Shown: one piece after another, positions 11,115-21,352 of the stretch | Position numbering within the stretch: position 1 is the first letter of the stretch | Layout: every line of letters starts with the position of its first letter | NCBI GenBank assembly: GCA_000004985.1 | Contig: GG738861.1 | DNA from: Naegleria gruberi | Lineage: Eukaryota | DNA: 64,000 nucleotides | Direction: 5' to 3' (one strand) | The notes under the pieces: model-generated | Told to the model about the DNA's origin: nothing | The model's database searches: none | Seen by the model: the letters and a program-made list of their open reading frames with translations, nothing else | Made by a program: the position numbers and the translations under genes

Positions 11115-11570
11115 CTAATAACGGTATGCTCCTCCATTAGCCACATTTCCATACGAAGGATAACCATAATTAGAACTGTAAGCCACTCCACCTGGTGTTT
11201 GAACACTTTGATAATTACTTCCAGGTTGATAATAATAAGGTGACGATCCATAATATCCTCCACCATATGGATATCCATAGGAACCATAAGCATTACCACC
11301 ATACATGGAAGGTTGTCTGTATCCACTTGATTGAGCCACAAATGGCACAAACATCATGACTTGAATCTTATCCTTATAGGCGAGCGTATCTGAATTGTAC
11401 TTATCGAGTGTACCACCTTGTGTTAGATAGGAGGCTCCACTTGGGCCAATGGCTCCACCAGAGGCTGCACCTCCTCCAGCAACAACTGGATATTGAGCAT
11501 TTAGATGGTGCTGGAATGAAGAAAAGAGGAAAATTAGAAGGAGAAGAAATGAGAATTTGGTTAGTAACAT
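11115..11570 (-). CDS. Secreted Gly/Tyr-rich low-complexity protein (possible structural or wall/cyst-type protein)
   Basis: 151 aa. The N-terminal hydrophobic signal peptide (MLLTKFSFLLLLIFLFSSFQ) is followed by GGGAASGGAIG and many YG/GY/PYGGGYYG repeats. Confidence 0.45.
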   Translation of the reverse strand: MLLTKFSFLLLLIFLFSSFQHHLNAQYPVVAGGGAASGGAIGPSGASYLTQGGTLDKYNSDTLAYKDKIQVMMFVPFVAQSSGYRQPSMYGGNAYGSYGYPYGGGYYGSSPYYYQPGSNYQSVQTPGGVAYSSNYGYPSYGNVANGGAYRY

Positions 11571-12088
11571 TTTTTCTGTTATTGTTTTTTGAAAGAAAGG
11601 TTTCTAATAATGAGGAAAGGATATTTTTGGAAATTGTATAATTATTGGCAGTTAAGACAAAGTAGATATTAATAGATAAGACTATTGCATTATCATAAAT
11701 TTAATAATGTGGTTGAAAAGTCCTTTGAAAACTCCTTAGAACAATCCATTCAAAAAATCGTAACCCCAGATTCAAAAAATCCAAAAGATTTTTGATCGAG
11801 TAAATTCCCTTAATTTCCTTAAACTTTGGAATAACGGCGTACACAGAAGGACAAATTTCCAATCATTCCATGTGATTCACATTCAACTCAGTTTGTAGTT
11901 CATTACAAAACATCATCCAAATTCCAAGAATGGCAAATCAACCAGCAAATGTACATTTGGATAACACCAACTCAAATCCTTCCTCTTCCAATTTCTCTCT
12001 CTCTCTACTATACTGAAACAACACTCTAAAGATTTGTAATCATCATCATCATCTCCGTTACACAACAAAAACAACAATTTTTAAAAAA

Positions 12089-13075
12089 ATGTCTCAACCA
12101 TCTACATTCCACCCACAACTCACCGACACTGTATTGATGGTGCGCCCAGTTGATTTTGCATTCAACGAACAAACAGCTGTCGATAATGAATTCCAAAATA
12201 GAATTGATGACAAGACACCAAACCAAATTAGAGATGCTGCTATTGAAGAATTTGATAAGAGTGTTTCTGCTCTTCGGGAAGCTGGTGTTCAAGTTTTAGT
12301 TTTGGAGGGATCCAAGAAGGAGAATGTTACTAAATGTCCAGATGCTGTTTTCCCAAATAATTGGTTCTCATCATCGGCCGATGGTACCGTTTTTACTTAT
12401 CCAATGTTTACTCCAAACCGTCGTGCTGAAGTTGAAAGATTGGATGACGTTTTAGCCTTGTTAGATGAAGCTAAATTAAAGGTGAAACGTATTGTCAAGA
12501 TGCACGAAGAACCATCATCAAAGGCTTTGGAAGGAACTGGTTGTATGGTATTTGATCATTTGAATGGTGTTGTTTATGCAAACATTTCGGAAAGATGTAA
12601 TGCTGAACAATTGGATGCTTTTGTTAAAAGCACTGAAGGATCAAAGACTAGAGCTGTTACTTTTAAAACAAAGAGTTCAAATGGAAAGGGATTCTATCAT
12701 ACCAATGTCATGTTGAGTATTGGTGAAGAATTTGCCATTGTTTGTTCTGCTGTCATTGTTGAAGAAGATAGAGAAAGAGTCATGTCTGAATTGAGAAAGG
12801 CTAGAAAGCTCGTTATTGACTTGACTGTTGAACAAACTGAAAAGATGATGTGTGCCAATGTTATTCAACTTGCTACCAAGACTGGTGGAAAGGTTATTGT
12901 CATGTCTGATTCTGCTTATAATGGTTTCACACAAGAACAAAGAACAATTTTGGAAGCTGAACATGGTAAGGCTGTTGTTTTCCCAATCAGTAAGATTATT
13001 GAAACCATTGGTGGAGGTAGTGCCAGATGTATGATTGCTGAAGTTTTTAATCCAAGTTTGACACAAGTCCAATAA
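12089..13075 (+). CDS. Amidinotransferase-superfamily enzyme (arginine deiminase/DDAH/CtlX-like guanidino-group hydrolase)
   Basis: 328 aa. 'LMVRPVDFAFNEQTA...NEF' at the N-terminus and a C-terminal 'GGGSARCM' (Gly-rich stretch plus Cys) are typical of the catalytic-Cys end of the amidinotransferase fold. Bacterial-like, with an ATG start. Confidence 0.5.
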   Translation: MSQPSTFHPQLTDTVLMVRPVDFAFNEQTAVDNEFQNRIDDKTPNQIRDAAIEEFDKSVSALREAGVQVLVLEGSKKENVTKCPDAVFPNNWFSSSADGTVFTYPMFTPNRRAEVERLDDVLALLDEAKLKVKRIVKMHEEPSSKALEGTGCMVFDHLNGVVYANISERCNAEQLDAFVKSTEGSKTRAVTFKTKSSNGKGFYHTNVMLSIGEEFAIVCSAVIVEEDRERVMSELRKARKLVIDLTVEQTEKMMCANVIQLATKTGGKVIVMSDSAYNGFTQEQRTILEAEHGKAVVFPISKIIETIGGGSARCMIAEVFNPSLTQVQ

Positions 13076-13360
13076 TTTTGCACACAATTTTACAATTTTG
13101 AGAGCGTATTAAATAGTTTGCAAACAATTGAAAACTATTATTCTTCAACTGCAATTGCATATTAGTAAGAACAATGTGAAATTACATTGATAATTTGATT
13201 AGTATTGAATTATAATACAAAGAGGAATTATTTTCTTAATTGATTTTAAAGATAATCTGTAATCTTTGAGTAAATTTGGTAAATCACTAAATAGACAATG
13301 CGCAGATTCAACACGTTCTCCCATCTATCAAGAAATTACAACGGTCAATCAAAGTAAAAA

Positions 13361-13780
13361 ATGTCAACACAAGAAAAAGCAAAGCAATTTGATGAGTTGT
13401 TAAAACTGTTGGAAGAATTAAAAAACGATATTCACAATACTACCTACAACACTGGTCATACAAGACCAAATAGTTGGAATTCAGATACAAAACAAAGATG
13501 GGAAGAATTAATTGACCAATCAACTAACAAAGTACAAGATTATTCAAAGAATAATGATTTACAATCACAGCATGTTGTGGATTTGGAAAATGAAAATTCA
13601 ACATTAAAGGAAAAGATTAAAACTCTTGAAAAACGTCTCAAACTCTTGTCTTTGATTTCCGAATCCAATGATGAGCAAGTTGATGAATTAATGACAGAGT
13701 TGGCAAATAAGAAATTCTTTGATCGTGATAATCATGATCGTGACTCCAATGAGGGAAATAATGATGGACAAGTTATTTAG
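13361..13780 (+). CDS. Hypothetical coiled-coil protein
   Basis: 139-aa ATG ORF with heptad-like charged repeats (LLKLLEELKN, LKEKIKTLEKRLKLL). No recognisable family. Confidence 0.35.
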   Translation: MSTQEKAKQFDELLKLLEELKNDIHNTTYNTGHTRPNSWNSDTKQRWEELIDQSTNKVQDYSKNNDLQSQHVVDLENENSTLKEKIKTLEKRLKLLSLISESNDEQVDELMTELANKKFFDRDNHDRDSNEGNNDGQVI

Positions 13781-13863
13781 TTTGCCATTTACTTATTGAA
13801 TATATTTCCTCATTCCTGTAAATATCCTGTAAAATTAGTTGAAATAAAGATAGATCGATAAAT

Positions 13864-15540
13864 TTATTCTTCATCTTCGTTTGTTGCTTTATCAGAGAGC
13901 AAGAGTCTTCTGTGTTGATAGTTTTCCTTAGCAGAATTTAAATTCTTGTCAAAATACTTGAGATCTGCATCCTTATTAAGCGTGTGATGTAAATTGTAAG
14001 TGAGAAGAATGTTTACAAAAGTAGGAAGAAGAATAAATCTAGCTCTTCTCCACAACAATAATAGTGATATCACTTCCAAAGATCTTATGGAGGTATTAAT
14101 AATATTAACTGTGGTAGGACTGAATTTAGTTCCACTGTAATTTGAACCATTCTCTGAATAATATTGTTCCACCTTTTTACCAAATGGCTTGGAAAGCAAT
14201 GTTGTGACCATTAAATCAGCAACAGCTGGAACTAGACCAGCAACAATGGCCCACTTTTTAATGTGATTATTGAATTGCTTTTGAAAATAATATTAATGCA
14301 ATATTCGCAAATTATTCCAATAAAATTATAAAAAACTTACAACAGGTGAATTAGCTCTCTTCTTCCATGAATAGAGGCAATAGACAACAGTAGAAGCCAC
14401 TTCGAGTGGTACCAAACTAACTCTAGCCAAGAGGGTTTTCATTAATCCATTACCTTCTGTATTCTCTCCAAGATTTAATTTCCCTATCGATTCATTATTC
14501 TGTTTCATGAATTCTAATCGCTTGACTGCCTCTATTGAATCCAAATGAAGTCTATTCTCATAGTACTTTTTAATTTCCTCCACAGATCCATCATAATATT
14601 GATACAGTAACTTGAGGGAAATATCATGTTGATTATTTTGCATTAATTTTTGAATGACATTGTGGAAATTGGTTGGACATTCCTCTCTCAAAATTTTCAT
14701 GGCAATCTTGGAGGAGAATAACTTTTCAAGAATTGCCTTAGTGACCTCACTTGTTAAACTAACTTGCAAAGAATCGACAAGACTTGACAAAAAGTCTCTC
14801 TTCCAAATCAATTGCTTGAGAAAATAGTCATATCGACACAATGAATAAATAGTAGAAAGAGTTTCTCTCCTCACTTCAATATTAATCTCATCAGAATTCA
14901 ATTTTTCCACAAGCTTTTCAATATTCAATCCCATCAATGAAGGAAAGCTTCCATAATTACTAGAATTCAATTGTATCGATCGGAGAGTAGTTATTGTTGA
15001 ATCCATATCAAACCTCTCCTGTTCTATCAATTTCCCAACAAATTGTTTATAGTAAAATAAATAATACATGTACAAGAATCCACTCGTTCCTAAAATTGCT
15101 AACAAGGCTACCCAATAATAATTCTTTGGATTTTTCATCATTTCATTCAGGAAGAAGGGAGTCATTTGGATGGATGATTTTGGAAAATAGGCTAGTACTT
15201 GTTGTTCCATAGCTTCTATTCCATTCTTTAAATTGTAGACTTGAGAAAGAAATGTTGGAGAGTTCTTTTCTTTGATTAATCCTGTCTGTTTTCGTTCTTC
15301 TTCCTCCTTCAATGATGAATCGAGTTGTTTCTCAGGGGGAGTATGATCCTCTTTCTTTATCAACTGAAACAGGGAATTGGAAAATTGTCTTTGATTACAT
15401 AATGATTGAATTTGCATTCCTTTCATTCTACCATTTCCCGAAGAAGAATGAAACAAGAGCCTCCTGTTATTACCACTCTTCACCACAAACATCATCAGAG
15501 ATGATTTATTCATTTTTTTAAATCTAAAATTCTTCATCAC
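13864..15540 (-). CDS. Hypothetical multi-pass membrane protein; 2 exons (14341..15540 and 13864..14277), intron 14278..14340
   Basis: The 404-aa ORF ends just after a GTAAGT donor on the minus strand. A 63-nt intron (GTAAGT...TTTTCAAAAG) joins it in-frame (phase 0) to the 115-aa ORF 13864..14211, giving '...KKRANSPV|QFNNHIKKWAIVAGLVPAVADLMVTTLLSKPFGKK'. The product has several hydrophobic segments. Confidence 0.45.
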
Positions 15541-15709
15541 AATTAATTTTTCTTAAAATTCCTTTCCTCATCTTGTGCCCAATACCAAGATTGTTCAATA
15601 TGAACAATATGTACTTTGTGATGAACACAAGTTGATTCTCTTATTAACTTTGCAATGTCTTTCACTTCTTCTCAGTGAACAAATCACAAAAGTTTCATAA
15701 ATCAAAAAA

Positions 15710-17047
15710 ATGCCTCTTCCCGCCAGAACTTCATCTTTTAGACGCGCTGCTTCTATTGTATTATCATCAGTAATCAATAATAATAGATCACCATCATCAT
15801 CTTTATCATCCTATCAATGTAACAACAGCTTGAAGGGTTGTTCACAATTGGTTGGATCATCATCAAATGTTAGATTTTATAAATATAATTATTCCCAAAT
15901 ATCTGCTGAAGAGATCCGTAGATTATCTGAAGAGTCTTATTCTAATGGACGTTTGCCTTGGGTCACTGGATTGTTGGGAGTTCTTGCTGGATTCGGATTA
16001 GGTTACTTACTTGCAGAAACAACAGAAGAACCAAAACTCAAAGAAGCAGGAATTGAAAAGGTTGCTAAAGGCTCATCAAAGAATATTGTTGAACTTTTTG
16101 AACAATATGCCGATGTAGATATTGTTGATCCAAAGACTGGACGTACTGAAAAGATGATGAGTCTTGAAGCATTTATCAATTCATTGCTCACTTCTAGACC
16201 TGATGCTCCTTCTTGGGTTGCTCTTCCAAGAAGAGATGGAAAATTACTTGTTGACAAGAAGAGAGCCAATGATGAACAATTGAAACTCATTTTCGACTAT
16301 GCTGATACTGATAAGAATGGATATATTAGTTTTGATGAATATGCATTGTTCATGACCTTCTTGTCATGTTCTGAACGTCAATTACAAATTGCTTTCCAAT
16401 GTTTTGATTTGGATGGATCAGGTAGTATTGAAGCATCAGAATTCAAAGAATTGATCAAAGCTAGTCGTTTGAGAAAGAGTTCCAAGAAGGATATTTTGGA
16501 TGATATTGACTGGAATAATAATGGATTAATGAATCGTTTGTTCGGAAAAGATTTGAGTCAAAAGTTATCATTCGAAGAATTTAACAAGTTTATTCACAAG
16601 TGTAAAAGTGCTCTCTTAAAGCAAGAATTTTTACAATATGATGTTGAAGGAAATGGTTTAATATCTGTTGAAGCCTTCTCTGAGCTCATGACAAAGAGTG
16701 TACATTACAACTCTACTAATATTAGTGATTTCAAGAGACAATTGAATTTGTTGAAAACTAGAGGATTTTTCGCCCCAACTGGACGTATTGATTATGATAC
16801 CTTCAAGGCATTCAATGATATGGCTAGTCACAGTGAAGATATTGGTATTGCTATCCAATTGATCACATCATCAAGAGGTGGTATGAAGAAGCAAGATTTC
16901 AAATTTGCCCTTGAAAGAGTGGCAAAGATTAAGGTTAATGACAGAGTTGTTGATTTGGTCTATGCTATCTATGATAAGGATAAGGATGGCGTTTTGGAAT
17001 ATGATGAATTCATGAGCACCATGAAAGCCAGAAAGGAAAAGATGTAA
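15710..17047 (+). CDS. MICU1: Mitochondrial calcium uptake protein (MICU1-like EF-hand regulator of the calcium uniporter)
   Basis: 445 aa. The N-terminus is presequence-like, followed by a TM segment (GLLGVLAGFGLGYLL). Paired EF hands ('DTDKNGYISFDEY', 'DLDGSGSIEASEF', 'DKDKDGVLEYDEF') sit at MICU-like spacing. Confidence 0.6.
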   Translation: MPLPARTSSFRRAASIVLSSVINNNRSPSSSLSSYQCNNSLKGCSQLVGSSSNVRFYKYNYSQISAEEIRRLSEESYSNGRLPWVTGLLGVLAGFGLGYLLAETTEEPKLKEAGIEKVAKGSSKNIVELFEQYADVDIVDPKTGRTEKMMSLEAFINSLLTSRPDAPSWVALPRRDGKLLVDKKRANDEQLKLIFDYADTDKNGYISFDEYALFMTFLSCSERQLQIAFQCFDLDGSGSIEASEFKELIKASRLRKSSKKDILDDIDWNNNGLMNRLFGKDLSQKLSFEEFNKFIHKCKSALLKQEFLQYDVEGNGLISVEAFSELMTKSVHYNSTNISDFKRQLNLLKTRGFFAPTGRIDYDTFKAFNDMASHSEDIGIAIQLITSSRGGMKKQDFKFALERVAKIKVNDRVVDLVYAIYDKDKDGVLEYDEFMSTMKARKEKM

Positions 17048-17245
17048 ACTAGTTCATTTGTATAAATATAAATTATGTCTATTCATCATTGCATGGTATG
17101 ATGATGGTTGACATTTTTGAAATATTAATATTTAATTGTAAATTTAAAATTTAAATGAAATAATTTAAAAATTAAATTGGAAATTCCAACAAATTAAAGA
17201 ATTATAAATTTATTTCCAAATCATGTTAAAAAATCAAAATATCGC

Positions 17246-18145
17246 TTATTGTTGCTTAGGTGTTTCAGCTTTAACTTCTTCAACTGGTTCCGCTATCACT
17301 TCTTCGGTTTCTGACATTTCTTGTTGTGGTTCGAAGACTTCTTCAGCTTCAACAGTTTCAGTTGTCTTTTCTCTGAGCATGTCTTCTTCATATTCTCTCC
17401 AAGTCTTGTTGGTCCAACCATATCTACCCAATCTGTGTTCACCTTCAATTTCTGGAACTTCAACCATCTTTACAAGAACACTTGTTTTTCTATTCAATTC
17501 AAGACCGAAACGACCCTTGGCGTGGAATCTCAAAGCTTTACCATACTTTTGCTTATTGACAATACATTCTCTAATCAAAAGACGGTCAGCATTCATTCCG
17601 TGAATGTTTTCGGCATTTAACATACAACTACGAATGAAACGATAAATAATTGGAGCAATCTTCTTGTCGCAACTTTGTAATTGTATGAGTGCTTCCTTGG
17701 CACTAATTCCACGCAACAATTCAGTGACTTCATTAACCTTCTTTGGACCTTGTTTAATGTTAATTTGTCTGAAAGTAACGGTAGGGAGAGTGTCCAAGAA
17801 TTTAGGAGTGACTTTTGGTCTATCTCTCCATGTTTGTCTGGTTTTATTTCTCACAACAGGTTCCTTCTTATTTCTTGGCTTGATATTCAATGTTGATGGA
17901 TCTGGTAAATTCTTCATAATTTCCTCAATATTTGATGATGAAAGGGCGTTGAGTGATACTTGAGCATTTGAGAAGACGGTATTTGTATGGAAGGATTTAT
18001 TGGAAGTTGTAGTAGAATTTAAAAAGTTGTTGATGGCAGCGTAAGCCGATAAAGAAGGAGTGGTGTTATGATGGAAACAACATGATGAAGAAACAATCTT
18101 GTTGAAGACAGAGTGAGAGGATAAAAATTTTTTCATTTTTTTCAA
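17246..18145 (-). CDS. MRPL22: Mitochondrial ribosomal protein uL22m (MRPL22)
   Basis: 299 aa. Core 'AKEALIQLQSCDKKIAPIIYRFIRSCMLNAE...ADRLLIRECIVNKQKYGKALRFHAKGRFG' matches the uL22 family signature. The N-terminal extension is presequence-like and the tail is acidic. Confidence 0.6.
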   Translation of the reverse strand: MKKMKKFLSSHSVFNKIVSSSCCFHHNTTPSLSAYAAINNFLNSTTTSNKSFHTNTVFSNAQVSLNALSSSNIEEIMKNLPDPSTLNIKPRNKKEPVVRNKTRQTWRDRPKVTPKFLDTLPTVTFRQINIKQGPKKVNEVTELLRGISAKEALIQLQSCDKKIAPIIYRFIRSCMLNAENIHGMNADRLLIRECIVNKQKYGKALRFHAKGRFGLELNRKTSVLVKMVEVPEIEGEHRLGRYGWTNKTWREYEEDMLREKTTETVEAEEVFEPQQEMSETEEVIAEPVEEVKAETPKQQ

Positions 18146-18651
18146 ACTTTACAATATTTTTTTTATTGGCTGAAAAATTAAATTCTTCTTTTTATATTGT
18201 TTTATGTAAATTCATTGAGGAGAGAGATAATTTTATGTTTGATTATTGTTTACATATGATTCAATAGTTAGTAATAATTAAGAAATTATTTTTCTAACAA
18301 GTATTTTTCGGATTCCCGAATTTTTTGTTCAACAATTTCTTCATCCCCTATTACTTAGAAAAATATTCAACCTAGTCCATTCTTCAACTCGTGCGCTTTC
18401 ATACTTCATAATACATTCAATACCAACAAGACAAATATTATATGGTACAAGCATTACAATAATAAATAATAACAGGTCAAATATTGTCTCCAGGATAATA
18501 ATCAAGCGTTTTCCGAAACCTAATTGCGCAACAGAATCAAAGGCTTGTGAATTTAAAAAAATGTCTCTTCTCGGATCCCTTTTTTCAAGCCTTTGGTATG
18601 GCTTCATGTGGTAGGTATCTAATCAAATTGATGCATTGTTCATACAGATGA

Positions 18652-19742
18652 TTGTTGTTGCTTTTGAAAACCAACGATCCATTATTGTTGTTGTTATTCT
18701 CTCTTGTTGATTATTATAGGCTCACTGGTGTCATCATTGGTGTCATGATTTTGTTCAAGGTTCTCTTTATTATTTATTGCAAGTACTTCCCTAATGCTGA
18801 TCTCAAGAAGAGATATCAAACTGAATGGGCTATGGTTACAGGTGGTAGTTCTGGTATTGGTGCCAGTTTGGTTGAAAAGTTGTTGAGAGACCAAAAGATG
18901 AATGTTGTCATTGTTGCTTTGGAAGACAAGTTGTTGACTGATTTCACAAAGAAGATGCAAGAAACATACAAGGACAGAAAGGTTGTTGCCATTGGTGTCG
19001 ATTTGAGTAATGATAACCCAGAAACTGGTTACATGAAGTCTATCATTGAAAAGACCAAGGATATTGATATTGGTTGTGTTTTCTGTAATGCTGGTTTCTT
19101 CAGATTGGCTGGTTTTGATAAGGTCAATATTGAAGATCACATGAAGCAAATTGAATGGTAAGTTTTAGTAATGATCATATTTTGATCTAATTCCGATGAT
19201 TATTTCACACCAAAAATTTTCACATCAAATCATGAAAATCAATAATTGAAAACAATCGTTCTAATAGTAATACTCTCTCATATGTCAAGATTACTCACCA
19301 CTTCTTCTGCAAGTTCAAGCAACAAAAGCACAAGAAGCTCATTTCTATGACTTGTAGTTCTGTTTCTTACTTCCCAGCCCCATTCTCTGTCATGTATGGT
19401 GCTACCAAGTCCTTCTTGAACAGTTTTGCTTCTTCATTGGCCATTGAAGGTATTGCCAACAATATTGATATTTTGGCTTATAATCCTCAATACACTCGTT
19501 CTAACTTGTATGCCAACTCTCCAAAATTGAGTGTTTTGGACTTTATGGCTTTGATTGGTTCCGATTGTGATGATGTTGCTCAAGAAATGCTCAACTCTGT
19601 TGGTAAGGTTAATTACAGAGATCAAGGATTGTACTCTATCTTTATGAAGATCTTTGGTGGTATTGTCTTTGACATGAACTGGTTGTTCCCATTGATGGCT
19701 ATGGGTGTTTCTATGGCTCCTGAATTCAAAAAGTTGAACTAA
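18652..19742 (+). CDS. Short-chain dehydrogenase, very-long-chain 3-oxoacyl-CoA reductase (KAR/HSD17B12)-like; 2 exons (18652 or 18745..19157 and 19268..19742), intron 19158..19267
   Basis: Exon 1 carries the 'WAMVTGGSSGIGASL' cofactor motif and the 'CNAGFF' NNAG-type motif. It ends at a GTAAGT donor (phase 2). The AATAG acceptor at 19267 restores the frame, giving '...KQIEW|CNTLSYVKITHHFFCKFKQQKHKKLISMTCSSVSYFPAPFSVMYGATKSF' (catalytic Ser plus YxxxK), which is collinear with HSD17B12. The listed ORF start is TTG; the first in-frame ATG is at 18745, so the true start is uncertain. Confidence 0.65.
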
Positions 19743-19864
19743 ATTTTTGTATTTTATTGAGTGGATTTTTATTTCTTTTATTGGAATTTAAATGGAATTT
19801 TATATGAATGTTAAATACTAGATAATGGAAAGGAAAGGATCAATTACTATTGATTTAAAAACAC

Positions 19865-21271
19865 GTGTTTCCTAATTTCTTGAATTCTTTACAAAAAAAA
19901 ATGCAACCACTAATACCAGAAAAGCAATCATTTTCATTATTGATTTTATTTTCCTCCCTGTTGGTCGGATCGCTGACCATCATTGCCTCACTCGTTAATT
20001 CACATGTTCCCAATCCGTACATGGATGAAATCTTTCACATTCCTCAAGCTATTAAATTCGTACAGAATAGATTTACAGAGTGGGATGACAAAATTACAAC
20101 TCTGCCTGGACTTTATTTATTTTCCTACGTGTATGAACATTTGGGAATGAATATTTCATCGATAAGGAGTTATATGGGAACGAGTGCATCATTCCGAAGC
20201 TTGAATTTAATATTTACCTTGTTGATGTTTATTGTTTTGGGAGGATTATTGAAAAATTATGCAAAGGCTTTCAGATTGACACTCTTTCCATTGACTTATT
20301 TCTTTGCATTCTTGTATTATACTGATGTTGGATCGTGTTTATTTGTATTACTTTCTGTATATTTTGCAAGGAAGAATCAAATTGCATTGAGTGGACTCTG
20401 CTCGCTTATTGCTGTTTTATTTAGACAGAGTAATATTATTTGGGCATTTTGGATTGTATTGTCGAGTATTATTGAGTCATTTGAAAGTACTGATGTTGAA
20501 TTCAGTAGTGGAAGTATTTTTACTCAATCGAGGAAGTTTATTGGAGGATGTTTGACTAATTTCTTCTCAATCTTGATCAAGTTTTGGAGTTTTGCATTGC
20601 TTGCAATTGGATTTTTAGCATTTGTAAAATGGAATAATGGTCTAACTGTTGGGGACCGTTCCAATCATATTGCCACAACACATGTATCTCAATTATTTTA
20701 CTTTTTCTCATTTGTCATGTTGATGGAGCCAGGTATTATCTTATTCAGATATTTGCTGAGCTTGAAGAGTGTCATTATTGGAAAATGGAAAATCATTGTT
20801 CTTAGTCTATTAGTATTGACACCAATTTTTATTTACCTATCGTTGAATTACAGTTATGTTCACAAGTTTATTTTGAGTGATAATAGACATTACATTTTCT
20901 ACTTGTGGAGAAGGCTATTCAAGATTCATATCATTCCAGAAATTCAACTTGCCGAATGTATCAAATTTTCTCCAATTTATGTACTTGCATTGTTGATTAT
21001 TATTGCAGAATTGAGAAGAAACCAAAAGAGTTCCCTATGGATTGGAACGTTCTTGTTTTGTACGGCATTGAACTTGATTCCTCTTCCATTGATTGAATTC
21101 AGATACTTTATCATTCCATTCATGATTTTAAATTTGAATACAAGCAGCAGTGACAGACAAGAATTTGTCAATATTTTGTGGTATCTATTAATTAATGGAG
21201 CTACTTTGTACATGTTCCTTTTCAAACCTTTTGTAGGACCTGATGGAAATGAGGCAAGATTCATGTGGTAA
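19865..21271 (+). CDS. ALG10: Dol-P-Glc:Glc2Man9GlcNAc2-PP-Dol alpha-1,2-glucosyltransferase ALG10
   Basis: 468 aa, multi-TM. 'VPNPYMDEIFHIPQAIKFVQNRFTEWDDKITTLPGLYLFSY' matches the diagnostic ALG10/DIE2 N-terminal signature (PYMDEIFH.PQA...WDP.ITT.PGLY). Confidence 0.85.
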   Translation: MFPNFLNSLQKKMQPLIPEKQSFSLLILFSSLLVGSLTIIASLVNSHVPNPYMDEIFHIPQAIKFVQNRFTEWDDKITTLPGLYLFSYVYEHLGMNISSIRSYMGTSASFRSLNLIFTLLMFIVLGGLLKNYAKAFRLTLFPLTYFFAFLYYTDVGSCLFVLLSVYFARKNQIALSGLCSLIAVLFRQSNIIWAFWIVLSSIIESFESTDVEFSSGSIFTQSRKFIGGCLTNFFSILIKFWSFALLAIGFLAFVKWNNGLTVGDRSNHIATTHVSQLFYFFSFVMLMEPGIILFRYLLSLKSVIIGKWKIIVLSLLVLTPIFIYLSLNYSYVHKFILSDNRHYIFYLWRRLFKIHIIPEIQLAECIKFSPIYVLALLIIIAELRRNQKSSLWIGTFLFCTALNLIPLPLIEFRYFIIPFMILNLNTSSSDRQEFVNILWYLLINGATLYMFLFKPFVGPDGNEARFMW

Positions 21272-21352
21272 AATATATGAATAAATGTCAAGTTGTTTGT
21301 TTGAACAACTATTTCAGAATATTATTCTGTTATTCCCATTTCAAAAATATAT

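Noticed and set aside
18341-18607. 88-aa minus-strand ORF in the spacer between uL22m and the reductase gene
   Set aside because: It lies in a likely bidirectional promoter and has no recognisable domain or start context. Possibly real but unsupported.
19268-19357. Alternative longer intron (19158..19357) for the reductase gene using the CTTGTAG acceptor
   Set aside because: It is also in frame, but it deletes 30 residues that align well with the KAR/HSD17B12 region before the catalytic Ser (KKMININILSV...ISS). The 110-nt intron is preferred.
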